Origin: Octopus sinensis
Taxonomy: Eukaryota
Direction of reading: 5' to 3'
Assembly (NCBI RefSeq): GCF_006345805.1
Contig: NC_043000.1
Coordinates: 30,256,001-30,320,000 of the forward strand
Length of the DNA stretch: 64,000 nucleotides
Each line of letters starts with the position of its first letter. Positions within the stretch are counted from its first letter, which is position 1. Positions 13,835 through 29,325 of this stretch are shown here, in pieces. The notes beneath the pieces were generated by a model. The model was not told where the DNA came from. It saw nothing but the letters and a program-made list of their open reading frames with translations, and made no database searches. The position numbers and the translations under genes are program-made.

Positions 13835-14420
13835 TCCGGGTTCAGTTCCACTGCGTGGCACCTTGGGCAAGTGTCTTCTACTTTAGCTTCGGGTCGACCA
13901 AAGCCTTGTGTATGGATTTGGTAGACGGAAACTGAAAGAAGCTCAAGAAGCCCGTCGTAATATATGTGGGTGGGTGTGTGGGTGTGGGTGTGTGTGTTTG
14001 TGTGTGTGTGTATGTGTGAGTGTGTGCGTGTGTGTTTGTGTGTCTCTGTTTGTTTCACCACCATCGCTTGACAAGCAATGTTGGTGTGTTTACATCCCCG
14101 TAACAAAGCAGTTCGGCAACAGAGACCGATAAACTAGGTACTAAGCTTATAAAGAATAAGTCCTGGGATCGATTTGTTCGATTAAAGGCGGTGCTCATTC
14201 ATGGTCAAATGACTGAAACCAATAAAAAAAATGAAATAAAAAATAAATATATACACACACACACACATATATAAATATATATATATAATATATATATATT
14301 ATGGTGTGTGTGTGTGTGTGTGTGTGTGTATTTATTTTTATTTCATTTTTTTATTGGTTTCAGTCATTTGACCATGAATGAGCACCGCCTTTAGTCGAAC
14401 AAATCGATCCCAGGACTTAT
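13832..14420 (+). mobile_element. SINE family A copy with an inverted duplicate of its 3' end (about 14310-14420)
   Basis: Homology to 415-798; the inverted arm shares a private deletion. Confidence 0.85.
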
Positions 14421-14589
14421 ACAAATATTCTACAATTATATACATAATTATAATTAGGGGTCAGCTAATTGCTTCACTACATACCGAATTTAGAAATAGG
14501 AGTTAAATTCCTCTTCTTCTACTGTAAGAATCTCCACGACAGTAACAGACTTTTTTATGTGGGCCCCAAAAAAACAATGATCAACACGA

Positions 14590-14637
<48 letters not shown>

Positions 14638-14744
14638 TATATATATATATTTGTATATATATATATATATATACATACATATACATAGGTATATTATAAT
14701 ATATATATATTATATATTATATATATATATATATTATATTTGTG

Positions 14745-15335
14745 TTTTGCCCGACCCCACCTTGAATACTGCTGTCCACTGTGGTCTCCCTACACAAAGC
14801 CAAATATTATTAGAATTGAAGCTCCCCAAAGGTCAATCACAAAAAAGATAGATGACATGCTCAGACCTTGACTACTGGGGTAGACTAGAGAAGCTGAAAC
14901 TGTATTCACTCCAACGCCGTGAACGCTACATTATCTGTATGATGTGGAAAATATTCCATCAGCACTGTCCGAATGATGTGGCATCACCTTCCAAATACAT
15001 CCAAGGCTTGGACCACGTGCCATCCGTCCACACAAAAATCTAATCGCATCACATACCGACAATACGGCACAACTATTTCACCTCAATTGGACCCGCTCTC
15101 TCAACATTACACCAGGACACGTCAAAAAAGAAATGACCAACAAAATTCAAGACGTCTTTGGAACAATTCCTTCAAACAGTCCCGGACAATCCACCCACAC
15201 CCGGATAGTCTCCGCAAACAATAACTCTCTGCTTGAATGGGCCTTGGTGCCCAATCCTGAATTGAAAGACTTCGCCAGGTGGTGCTATTAAGTTAGACAT
15301 GGCCTGGGCCAATCCTGGCCAAAACCTTTCTAAGT
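14745..15335 (+). mobile_element. CR1/L2-group LINE 3' end
   Basis: LDYWGRLEKLKLYSLQRRERYIICMMWKI is the typical CR1/L2 ORF2 C-terminal motif. Confidence 0.75.
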
Positions 15336-16719
15336 TATTCTAAGTTATATATATATATATACATACATACATATACATATGTATATATATATATAATATA
15401 TATATATACATATATATATATACATATATATATATACATACATATACATATGTGTATACATATATATATATATATAATATTCATCACATTTTGGACTACA
15501 TGACGTTTATATAAACAAGTGCGTATAAGGTATATATGCATCATTTTTGATGAAGTGTATCCACAACTATAACAGAAACACCTACGTAGTCATTGTTCTT
15601 TCCTGCATACTTCAATAAGTTTTCGATATTCTTGAAAGCAGTAATTCTTATTGTTGAAGTACTACTGAGATAGGTTTAAACTTTCTGGAGAAACTCTACT
15701 GGTACTGAAGTGCTATGAGGACTGGATGACCGTGCTTCGTGCAGAGCGAAGAATCTCTTTGTGCTTCATAATACACGAAATAGTGAAGAATACATTCAAT
15801 AACATTGAGAAAAACTTGCCGATATACAAACAAAAATGACTCCGTGAAAGCCATTGAAATAACATTATAAGAGAATAGCCAAGTGCGTATCAAACTATAT
15901 AGTGCCGTAGAAAGGCTTGCTTCTGTTTGAGGGAAACTATCTCCATATATATTGTAATTTGAATGCAGTATATCTAAGAAGAGAATTTCTTTCAGATGAA
16001 AATCTTTCGACACTTTTTATACATTTGATACGATGCAATGATGCTGATGTTGAATTAACACTGATTCAGTTGCATTTAATGAACGGACACACACACATAT
16101 CATTATGAATCCATTCAAGAATGAATATAGAAGAAATAAATGAAGTTAAAAGTGCCCAGAGAATATGAAGATTTATTCATATCTAAATTGATACACTTCA
16201 ACGGTTTCTCATTTCTTTGATTTCCAAAAGTGTAAATTTTGAGGAACTCGAAGCCGTTTAGGTTCAAGATTTGATTCTCATTTTAAGGAATCAAATTCTG
16301 AACGGAAACTCTGATTGAGGCTCTTCCTGCGAACTCAAGATCTTCAAAACACTTCTGCAGTTCAAATAGATATTTTTTTTCTAACGGCTAAACTAGAAAA
16401 TATCATACTCCATTTCAACACATCCCCGCCTTCACCTCGAACTGTCCTTATTATATACATAAGCACTAGCATTAAAACGTTACATTAAACAGCTACTTTA
16501 GAAATCATTTAACATGTTCCCAACTTTCATCCTAAATTCTCACAACAACCTTTCTAAGTGCATACTGGTTCATGCATATATACATACACATACACCAACA
16601 CACAAACACATACGCACGCAAACACACACACACATATATGCTAAAGTGATTCGACTGTTGCACATAAAATAATCGTGTGAACAAAAGGGGTCAGTGGATG
16701 TAAAAAAACCTCAAGTAAT

Positions 16720-16900
16720 GGGTTAACTAGCTTAATGTTAACACGCCGGGCAAAATGCTTAGCAGTATTTCGTCTGCCGCTACGTTCTGAGTTCAAATTC
16801 CCCTGAGGTCGCACTGGGGTTGATATAATCGATTTAATCCATTTGTCAGTCCTTGTTCGTCCCTTCTGTGGGTAGTAAAGAAATAGATTTATATGTGAAC
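16720..16900 (+). mobile_element. SINE family C fragment
   Basis: aatgcttagcagtatttcgtc..gttctgagttcaaattcc B-box-like segment. Confidence 0.6.
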
Positions 16901-17423
16901 TGATGTTGTTTTGAATTTTCTACAGATAGGTGGACTATGTGTGTGATGGTGAGTGCAGAGAAAGGGGATGGCGCTAGGAATATGGCACGGGTGCCATGGG
17001 TGAGGCAGCCTGAAAAACTTTGAGAACTACTGATATAGAAAATGGAGGCTGGCACATCTTCGAAATTTATCTCCATTTATTTTACAATTTCATACAGTAT
17101 GGCTTTATTGATATTACGACCATAAAAAAATACTTATAAAATCGTAAAATCAAAGGAAATAAATTTCGAATATCTACCAGTTTCAATTCTCTATATTGTT
17201 ATAAATATTATATATATATATATATGTGTGTGTGTGTATGTGTGCGTGTGTGTTTATGTATATGTATATATATATATGCATACATACATATATATATATA
17301 TATGTGTATATACACATACATGCGTACACACACACACACATACAAACACACGCACACACATATTATATATACATTTATATATACGTAACATACGTACATC
17401 ATACATGCATATATATATATGTA

Positions 17424-17512
<89 letters not shown>

Positions 17513-17565
17513 GGCTTTTCATTTGGAAAGAACGTTCTTTCCAAATGATAAGCCCTACCTATTAT

Positions 17566-17597
<32 letters not shown>

Positions 17598-17989
17598 GGT
17601 ATGTATGTATGTACGTATGTAAATGTATGTATGTATGTATGTTTGTATGTATGTATGTATGTATGTATGTATGTATACACACATACAAGAAAATGGAAGA
17701 TGTGGCTTCGGAGTTTCTTTTTTTAATTTTTATTTTCATTTTGAAGTCTATTGCTATACATAATTAGGTGCATACATATGTACATGGCCCCAATTTTGCA
17801 CATATGCGTGAGTCGAAAATATATATTATAAAATATCTATATGGCAAGAAGAAAATGGAGGGAATCCAGAGGCAGTATTCATCAGCTGTTAGATATTATA
17901 TTATGTCTATTTCATATATTTAAATTTATTTATGAATGTATTATAAAATATCTAAATTTCTATAAAAACATCATGATCTGCTTGACTGA

Positions 17990-18590
17990 TATTCTCTACC
18001 TTCCCAAAACAAACAGGTGAAATCGCCAAAATACAGCAAACAAAAGGGAAATAAATCTGCATATCGACGGAGCTTACCACCTACGAACATTCTTTTCGGA
18101 ATCTTTAGAACGCTGACACATCTAAACAAACACACTTCTCAGCGCAACTTTAACCGTATCATTTTCAATACAAAATGTAAAATTTCCTTTTCCTATCCAA
18201 ATAAAAACTAACACCAACTAAACCTAGTGACACATCTATTGACCAACTAACCCCTTAAACCTGCTTTCACACTAAACGCCTAGAAAAAATCGCTTGGCCT
18301 AAAACTGACTCACCTAAATAAACAGACCTGATTATAAAGTTCTAAATGCATGAAGAAATTCTGAAAAGTAACACAAACTGAAATTTAATCAATAAAACTT
18401 TTCCATAATACCTTCCACTCACAACCCACTCCACAACCTTATCATTCACCTAAATCAGAAAATTTGAACTTAATGGAGACTATATAAAGCCAAGGTTAAC
18501 AAACATGTACCACAGTCCGATAATAGATTACAAAGCCAAAGTCTCCAAGTCATTGTCAATACTTGTTAACTACTGAGTAAAGCCTCAGTT
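17990..18590 (+). mobile_element. Highly degraded CR1-like 3' end
   Basis: RLEKI..TDLII-like motif; weak. Confidence 0.35.
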
Positions 18591-18737
18591 AAATATAAAG
18601 CTATATATATATATATACATATATGTGAATGCGTGTGTTTGTGTGTGCGTGTATATATATATATTAATATATATTATATATATACACGAACACATGCACA
18701 CATATGGGCACATTTATTTGTATATTATATATATACA

Positions 18738-18795
<58 letters not shown>

Positions 18796-18816
18796 ATATA
18801 TGTTTATATATGTGCG

Positions 18817-18993
18817 TGTGTATTTAGGGATTAACCACTAGGTGGATAACCATACACTATAAGAAGATCGCATACGATCTAACTGCAGAGAAAAAAATGT
18901 TCTCTGGAGAACATGTTTTTCTTTGTAGTTAGGTCGTATGTGATCTTCTAGCGTATGGTTATCCACCTAGTGGTTTATCTCTAAATATACACA
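18817..18993. repeat. Near-perfect fold-back hairpin
   Basis: Centre aatgttctc-tg-gagaacat at about 18905; arms about 85 bp. Confidence 0.85.
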
Positions 18994-19122
18994 TGTATTG
19001 AATTTTTTTCTGATTTTTCAGATTTTTCTATATGCTAGGCTACTGGTTTTAAATTGATATTAATTAAATTAATATTCAATTTATCTCCCTCATTATTTAA
19101 ATTTTTATATATACACACACAC

Positions 19123-19153
<31 letters not shown>

Positions 19154-19194
19154 GCATTTATATATAGGTTAGTTGAAATATATTTGTCACATAT

Positions 19195-19503
19195 TTCAAC
19201 TGTTAAAGACAAATACGCTGCAGTTACCGTGGAGAAAAAATCTCTCTCCTATGGTAAAAAGGTGTGAAAACCTCCAGTTTGTTCAGTGCCGCCATCTCTC
19301 GGGAATCTCAGACAACGATATTTTGAGTTTTTGGGCTCTTGTCAATGAGATATACGTAAGAGAGGCAACTCTGGATGAACCTAAGGAAGCTATAACTCTC
19401 GAGAGATAGCGACACAGAGAGAACTTGGTATTTTCACACGTTTTTAACCATAGATATTTTTTTCTCCACGGTAGCTGCAACGCATTTGCCTTTAGCAGTT
19501 GAA
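19195..19503. mobile_element. MITE-like element with long imperfect inverted arms
   Basis: ttcaactgttaaagacaaatacgctgcagttaccgtggagaaaaaa pairs with tttttctccacggtagctgcaacgcatttgcctttagcagttgaa. Confidence 0.6.
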
Positions 19504-19653
19504 TTCAACTTACCTAAGTTCTGCTCGTGCCTAACATTTCTTTGCGCTTATGCTCCGTTAAATATATAAATAGTATATACATATATATATATATATAATA
19601 TATATACATATATATATAAGTATATATATATATTATATAATATATATAAGTAT

Positions 19654-19743
<90 letters not shown>

Positions 19744-19750
19744 TATATAT

Positions 19751-19976
19751 AAATTAGAGATGAAATCACTAATATTCAACTCAAACAGTGACAGACATAA
19801 ACCAACACCATAAATAACAAATAATATATATGCTTATAAAACATACAACTTATAACTGGATTTCAAAAATTATAAATTAAATGTTTTGTAAAAATATATA
19901 TTATTTGTTATTTATGTTATGGTTTATGTCTGTCAATGTTTGAGTTGCATAATAGTGGTTTCATATCTAATTTATA
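19751..19976. repeat. AT-rich fold-back repeat
   Basis: aaattagagatgaaatcact..ctcaaacagtgacagacataaacc pairs with ggtttatgtctgtcaatgtttgag..agtggtttcatatctaattt. Confidence 0.8.
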
Positions 19977-20074
19977 TTTTATATTTTATATAGTTATACT
20001 ATGAAATTTGATTTAATATTAAATTGAATTTTTTCCCTGTAAGTTTGGAGTTATACTCCCTAATATTATTATTA

Positions 20075-20755
<681 letters not shown>

Positions 20756-22362
20756 GCAAATAATACTTTCAATTTAGACATATGACCGGCATTACATGAA
20801 GAGGTAATGAAGATTACTTAGTTATATCGCCTCAAATTGTGGAAAAGTACTTAATTTTATAGACAGAATCAATACAAAGCAGACGTCGATGGGGTGTGAA
20901 TTCCGAACGTACAAGCTGAAAGATAATCCACAAAGCATTTCCCCGACTGTGTAAACAGTGTACCAGCTAACCCCCTTAAAATAATTAAAATTACATCGAA
21001 ATGTTGTTGTCCGTAACTTATAATATGTATGGAAAATACATTTTTACTTGATATTTACCGCTCGGAAAATTTGTTTATCCTTTGAAGGTCAACGCTTACA
21101 TATTGTCATACGATTCTGTTATCCGATTATAAGACTGAATTTAATCTTTTCTAATTCGTGTATTATTTTATACAAAATTGTTTTCCCTGCAACATGCGAA
21201 AATAGCCGAAACCTCGACATTACCATATATATTTAGCATACAGAGACACCATCGTGTTCTTAACCATTATTTTTACTCATTTACTCCAGATCAGCCACCA
21301 TTTCATGAAAACTATGAACTGCAGATTAATCAATGATCAGTAACAAACATTCAAATTATTTTCAAAACTGTGTTATATATAATCTAGAATAATAAAAATA
21401 TGCCTGTGTGTCGATGTGTGTGCTTTAATGTCTGTGTTTCAAACCTCCGCCTCGCTTTATAACTAGCGTTGGTTTAAGTAACCGCTTAAGTACCCATATC
21501 TTAATGGTTGCGTAAAACAGGCTGTCAGAACAAATTCCCCGGATAAAAAAATTATAATTACTCGGATCGATCTGCTTGATTAAAATCTATTTAAGGTGTA
21601 GGCCAATATCTGGAAAAATTAAAAGCTAAAAGATAATCGTGGGTTTACATCAGTGAAGTTAGAAATCATATATAAGATCTATGTCCCATTAAAATAAACC
21701 TGCTATTGGTACGATGATTTCTCCCCTCTTCCTATGGTTGAATCGTTTTCTGAAGCAGAGTGGAAAGAACCGATGTGGAATTTACATAAAGTCTTCATTT
21801 GTGCTCTTTGGTTATGTGCTACAGGTGTAGGTGATTTCAGTGTGAATGAAATATTTTTCAGCATTGCCTAGGCTACATGTTTTTGGACTTGGGCCGTAAT
21901 TGTTGTACTACCATAAAAGATTTGAGCGTCTTAAATGTTAGCTAGAGTGGCCTAACTGGGAGGATTGTCATTTGTTGCTATCGACGCAAACTATATTTAT
22001 ATATCATTCGATATATAGGTAATTACGTTAATGATCGCACAATCTCCGAAGGACATGGGTAGTAAAAATATCACTTAACTAACGAAGTAACCACCATACG
22101 TGCACGGAGCAAATAGACTATAAAACTGAATATAAAATTGAATATTTAGCATTTCAATCTATAATGATTAAAGTTGTATTTATACATTCATACATTCATG
22201 CGTGTATGCGGTAGAGTTATAAAATAGCGAACGAATGGAATTGTAATAACCCATATCACACACACACACGCACACACATATGTATATACATTGATATACG
22301 TGTTTGAATATTTATATATGTATGTATATGTATATGTGTGTGTGTGAGCGAGTATGTATGTG

Positions 22363-22396
<34 letters not shown>

Positions 22397-23213
22397 ATAT
22401 ATATGTGTATATACATATGTGTGCATGGCTGTACGTATAATCACAACAATAATACATCATTCGGTCCAGTACGATCTTACAAAAAATCTCATTAATTCAT
22501 TTCATTATTATTTATTTTTGAAGAAATGTCCTCAGAGAGAAAGACCACAACAATAGAATATTTGCGAAGCGAAATCAACAATATCGGAGAAAACCCGCTG
22601 TGACAACATTCTTTTCTTTTTTTTCTGATTTTACATAATATTGATCAGTTGGGACATTGAAATACAATTCCGGTTCTTTGGATGCTGAGCTGAAAACACA
22701 AAACATTATTCTGCAGACTTTCTATTCGACATTTTGCTAGAATGAAAACTGAACTTATTGGCTAAAATATAAGGAAAACGCAAATTTGTCATTATTTTAT
22801 TGCCGAGAATATTTGCAGTAATTTATATGAATCATCGTGCGTTTTGCTGGTTTACTGTGTTGGCAGTTTTCAGTCATATGACGCCAATCAGAAGCACTGC
22901 ATGGTGGTGTGTGGTCATTGAACGCAAGTCGCTATTTGATTACTTAATAAAGCCACAGAGTGAACAGTAGGATGAATGTATGGAGGTGAATAGCAGAGTC
23001 AATAATGAAGAGAATTGAATGAAATAAGCAAGGACATGAACGTATATACGTGTGCGTATGAGTGTGTGTGTATATATATATATGTGTGTGTATATGGGCA
23101 TGTATATGTATGTATATGTATATTTCTCTCTCTTTCCCTCTCTATCACTCTCTCTATATATATAAAGAGAGAGAGTGCTAGAGAGGGAAAGAGATATATA
23201 TATATAGATATAT

Positions 23214-23253
<40 letters not shown>

Positions 23254-23466
23254 CATATATATATATATATACGCCTTAGTGTGTTGGTATAATCCTATGT
23301 AGTATATGTGTGTGTGTGTGAGCGTGTGTGAGTGTGTGTATATATATATATATATTATTTATACACATATATATTTGTGTGCGTGTAAATATGTATGCAT
23401 GTATGTATTACCTATACGGATGTGTTTAAATTTATATATATATATGTGTGTGTGTGTGTATGTGTA

Positions 23467-23542
<76 letters not shown>

Positions 23543-24184
23543 TATATACATACATACACATATATATCGTTGTGGGTGTGTGAGATTGTAAATTATATTA
23601 CGTTGCGTTTATTTAGAGAAACATGTTGCTTTTACGGGCGTGTAAAATCAATGAAAAAGAAAAAAAATCTAACGCTTCCTCTTGGTGTATATTTGAACTT
23701 GGTATTACAGACAATATCCCAATTATGTGAACAATACTCGCAGAACATTTCCAATAATTAAATTATTGCTATATCCTGCTGACAACCATCGAGTGGACAC
23801 GTGGAGCGAACGAGGGTGAGTCCTCTGGTAATGTATTTTATTAACACTGAAATAATCAACTTCAGTTTGTTTAGTTAACGACTACGTTATTGCGCACAAG
23901 AGTTATACAGGACAACGTTTTCATCAAATTTGTCTGCAGCAAATAAATATAATAAACATAGGTTTCGTTATCAGTCACAATATTTTATGTCCGTATTAAG
24001 GACAAAGAAGATCTTGTGACTTTCATTCGTGTATTGAAAATTAAGACAAATAGAAATGAACCTGAATTGAGATAAAATAAAAAATTATAAATGAAATCAT
24101 GTCGCTGGAAGATCGCAAATTTTATTTGGTGTTAAATTCTCCGGCGAAGTTTCGTGGTTTATTGGTTTGGGTATTCTGCTCGAG

Positions 24185-24470
24185 TTCTTAAAGGTTTGAG
24201 TTCGATACACGTCGGCGCAATGTGTCCTTGAGCAAGACACTTTATTTCCTGTTGCTCCAGTCCACTCAGCTGCCAAAAGTGAGTTGTACCTGTAATGCAC
24301 AGGTACATTCCTTGGCATATTCTGTGTCACGCTGAATCTTTCTGAGAACTACGTTAAGGGTATGAGCATCTGCGGAGTACTGAGCCACTTGCGGGTTATT
24401 TTCACAAGCAGTCTGTTCGGTTGATCAGATCAACTGGTACCCTTGTCGTCGGGAAAGACGAGGTGCCAGT
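24185..24470 (+). mobile_element. tRNA-derived SINE family B (CORE-like central domain)
   Basis: gagttcgatac B box, then tgtgtccttgagcaagacactttatttc..gctccagtccactcagctg. Confidence 0.75.
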
Positions 24471-25528
24471 TTTAAATTATCCGTTTAAGGTGGTTTTGGA
24501 TTCATGTGTCCTCGGTTCACAAACGACTGCATAAAATGGAAAATTATGGCGTCATCATATAGGCAAGAATTGAGCACTTGATGTAGATCTTAATCCTTCA
24601 TGACATGGCTATATGTCTAAGAGGCTCACAATGGAACCTCATGGTTTCGGGTTCTATCCTATAATGGACAATTGTCTTCTGTTGTAAACCCGAAACGACC
24701 AATGCCTTAGGATGGAATTCGTCAGGCTGAAATTTTGTAGAAGCCCGTCGTATATATATATAGCGAAACTAATTTTTCGCTTTCTTAAAACGCAATGTTC
24801 TGGACTTACGATACTTTTGTATAATATCAACGATATATATATATATATATATATATATAAGAAAAAAGGTTTGAAAATGCAATTTAAACGATGTTTATTA
24901 CTTAACCGGTTTCACTCTTTGGTAAAAGATTGTCAAAGTTACATTTAAGGAAACATTGAATAATATGGGTTCAAAAAAAGTTTTTTACATAATTGTCACA
25001 TTGAAATTATGCATTCAAAAAGTTTTTTACATAATTGTCACATTGGATATTATGAATTCAAAAATGTTTTTTTATACATAATTGTCACATTACATGTATA
25101 AATATGGTGTGGTGGTAACAGAGAGTTCAATAGTGTGATGAGAATATTTGGGAAAATTTGGCAGCAGAAAGGATAAAACAAATATATTATTGGGAATTGG
25201 TTGCGTTAATTATTGGTTGTCGCAAATTGTCACATTACATGTATATATATACAATCTTTGGTATATATATACAGCCTTTTGACAGCAAAAATTAAAATGG
25301 ATTTTTTATACATCTCAGAATATTTTAAGTACAAGGCGAGAATAGAATATGTTTTTACTGACCTGTCGGTATTAGCAGAAAGGCTGAACTGAGAGAACAG
25401 AGGAAGTAGCCAATGTGGTGTATACTTCCCCTTATGCATGAATGATTTTGGGGTTATCAGGAGGTTAGTATGCGGGTGTGAATAGATGTGTCCGTGCCTG
25501 CTGGTCAGATAGCGTCTGTTTGTCACAC

Positions 25529-25563
<35 letters not shown>

Positions 25564-27051
25564 ACAACACAACACACACACACACACATAGTAAACAAAC
25601 ACACACACCACATACAAACAATACACACCACACACACAGAACAACACCCACCACAAAACAACACACGCACCCACATATATCACATATACACACACACACA
25701 AATATAATATGTATCTATATATAACATACACAGATATATAACACACATACACACACAACACCACACACACACACACACACAAACACACGCACACATACAT
25801 ACATAATATAAATATCACACAAATACACCTAGCATATATATACACACATACAATACACACATACAGCATGTAAGTAATATACATACACAATATATGCATG
25901 CAATATACATATGCAGTACATACATATAATATATATATATATAGACAATGCATATACATATATACACATATACATATAAATAGTGTTTACATACACATAC
26001 ATAGATGTACCACATATACACACAATACACATACATACAATGCATACACATACACGTACGCATACATATAATATATATATACACACACACACACATAACA
26101 TACATACACAATACATACATATATATACACGCAAAGCACATACATGTATTCATGCACATATAGCACACCTACAATATACATATATACAATGCACACATAC
26201 ACACACATATATACACTTAATTGTACACATACATATACAATACACATACATACAATATACATATACACAATGCGCATGCAAATAATGTACATGTTTATAC
26301 ACACATAAACAGGCAAATAAATATACACACACACATACACACACACACATATATATACACATATATATATATATATATATACACACATACATACATACAT
26401 ACATGCACATACATATATTTTTCACACACATACACACACATATATATATATAAAAAATTCACACCCCCCCACACACACAAATTACAAACCTATAGCGTAC
26501 ACACTCAAATATATCTCTACATGCCGCACACACACACAAACAAAGTACTAACATATACACACATACCATGCATATACACACACAACACACACACATATAT
26601 ATATATATAAACAAATACACATGTAAAAACATACATACGTACACAATGCTCACACACACACACACACACACATACACACACACCCGCACACAGTGCACAC
26701 ACACACACATATATACACACGTGCACACACACACAACGCGCGCGCACATACACATATACACACACACGCACACAGTGCACACACACACACACACATATAT
26801 ATATACACCCGCGCACACACACACACAACGTGCACACACACAACGTGCACACACACACACACACACAACACTCACACACATACATCACCTACATATATAT
26901 AATGCATGCGTGTGCATGCCACGTATGTGTGCGGTCAATGCCCGCTAGTGTGTCCTATGCGTGCCGATGCGCGCATGTGCCCGCCCGCACGATATGCTGT
27001 GAGCGTGCGCGCGTCCCTGTGTGCTTGCTCTGGATGTGTTTCCAGGGGCTA

Positions 27052-29325
27052 TGTTAGAGTATGTTTAGTTGTGGTCTGTATTTTTGAATAAGATTACTTT
27101 CCTTATTATTCGTGTTTGGTCTGTGGTGTTGTCCGAGCATTGGTATAGTGGGAAGACTAAGAATTTGGGGGACTTATTGTGTGCACAAAGGTCTAAGTGT
27201 CCACTTAGTGGTATCTGTCTTGTGGAGGGGTCCCTCAGTTGTTGTGTGGTGAACTGTCATTCTGTCTCTGAGGGTAAGGCTCGTTTGCCCTATGTAGTCT
27301 TCGTGGCATCCTTCACACCTTATGACGTAGAGTAAATTTTTTGATGCGCACGTGAAATTATTTTTTATGATGAATGTGTGTCCCGAGTGGAACTTGTACG
27401 ACGATCCCTCAATGAGGTGGATGCAGGTCTTGCAGTTGGGGCGACCACATTTTTTGATGATGGGCGGTGGGTTTGTGTCGTGTAATTTTGCGTTGGTGAG
27501 GAGGTTTTTTAGGGATTTAGGTTGTCTCTTACTTTCTATTATTTTATGAGCTGCCAGTATTTTTTTCAGGCGTGGGTCTTGATTTAGTTGTGGAATGTTG
27601 TTGTATATAATAGTGTAAGCTTCTGCATTCCTTGGGTTGTGTGTTGAGAGATAAGGGAGGCTATTGACTGTACTGTGGATGTGTTTGGGTTTTCGAAGGT
27701 CTTGAATGTTGATTGATTTGGCCCGTTCTATTCCATTGTCTACTAGTGATGCCGGGTAATGTCTTTCGAGAAGAATTGCCCTTAGTTCCCGGAGTCTTCT
27801 ATTTCGTGTTGTGTCATTTGAGACAATAGTGCAGATTCTTCTCGCTAGGTTGAAGGGGATATTTGTCTTTGTGTGTTTTGGGTGATTGGAGGTGAATAGA
27901 AGGTATTGTTTAGAGTCAGTGGGTTTGTAATGGATGTCAGTTTCAATGTTGACGCCTTTTTAATGATTAGTATGTCAAGAAAAGGGAGTTGGTCCTGACT
28001 ATATTCCATTGTGAATTGAATGTTGTATTTACACTGTTGATAAGGTTTTTGAAGTCTATAAGTTGGTCGAGTGTGTGGGACCATAGGATGAGGCAATCAT
28101 CTAAGTAGCGTTTCCAGTTCTCCAACAGGTATTTGTGGAAAGACTGGCCGTACTTATATTTGGATTTTTCATAGATATGTGATTCCAGGTAGGCCATCAC
28201 CAGGTTTGCATAGGTAGGTGCAACTTTCGTACCCATTGCAGTTCCTGAGACCTGTCTGTAAGTGTTGTTGTAGAAATACATGAAGTTGTTTTGCAGAATA
28301 AATTGAGGCCCTCAATTATGAATTCTTTTTTAATTCTTTCCGGGATCTCATTGGGATATTTATCCAGCCAGAATTTAATGGCTTCCAGTCCAAATTCATG
28401 TGGGATTGTGGTGTAAAGATTAATAACATCAAAAGAAACGATTAAGGTGTCTTTATCGGCATGTTTGGGGGAGATGGTTAATAGGTCCAGGTCATCTCTT
28501 ACAATACTTGGAATGTGTTTCAGTATTGGCTTTAAGATGATATCTATAAAGTTGCTAAGTCTGTGTGTTTCACAACTTGGGCCTGCCACTATTGGTCTCA
28601 GTTTGAGATCAGTGGGATGTGGTATAGTGATGCAGGTTGAAGTGGACTTTTTGCAAGCTTCTGTGATAATTTGACTCTTGTGTATTTTTGGAAGCCCATA
28701 GAGTGTGCTGGTTTTGCAATTAAATTTAGTAATGTAGTCACATTCCTTTGCTGTCAAGTCATTCCGGTGTTGGTAAATGAGTGCCTTCAGATTGGTCATT
28801 GTTTTGGATTGCTGGTAGTCGACTACTCTTTCGTAGTATGTGGTATCCTCTAAAAGGAGAGATACAGAGTTTTTATTGCTCAGTATTCATAACAACGACC
28901 GTACTACCCTTATCAGCTTCCTTTATTGTGACGTCATGATTGTCTCGTAGCGTATGGATGATTTCCCATTCTCTTTTACTGGTGTTGGGTTTGAGTTTAG
29001 GTTGTGGGAGTTCACCATAAGGGAAGTTGGAGATGTAATCGCAAAATTTGTCTAAGGTTTTGTTTTTGCCTTTTATGGGATTATAGTTGCTTTTGTTACA
29101 GACCATTGATTCGTCGTTATTATTAGTTTTCCTGTTAAAAAATTCCTCTGTGAGGCGTAATTTTCTGCAAAAGTGCGAGATGTCATCCTGTATTTCCCTC
29201 AGGTTAGGGTATTGCGGAGTTGGGGTGAATTTTAGTCCTCTTGAAAGGATTTTTATTTGTGGTGTCGACAGGTTTAGGTTAGAAAGATTCACTATTTTTG
29301 GTTTTTCGGGGTTGGTATCTACCAT
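27052..29325 (-). pseudogene. PLE polyprotein: RT plus Cys-rich linker plus GIY-YIG endonuclease, frameshifted
   Basis: IVNLSNLNL..LSRGLKFTPTP; LRPIVAG; SFDVINLYTTIPH; GTAMGTKVAPTYANL; RYLDDC; CGRPNCKTC; LYVIRCEGCHEDYIGQT. Confidence 0.92.

Noticed and set aside
15600-16400. Gypsy or LINE coding remnant
   Set aside because: It has a protein-like feel but no diagnostic motif could be read in any frame.
24960-25100. CRISPR-like repeat-spacer pattern (aattgtcacatt repeats)
   Set aside because: These are tandem ~38-bp repeats inside a eukaryotic PLE pLTR, without unique spacers or cas genes.
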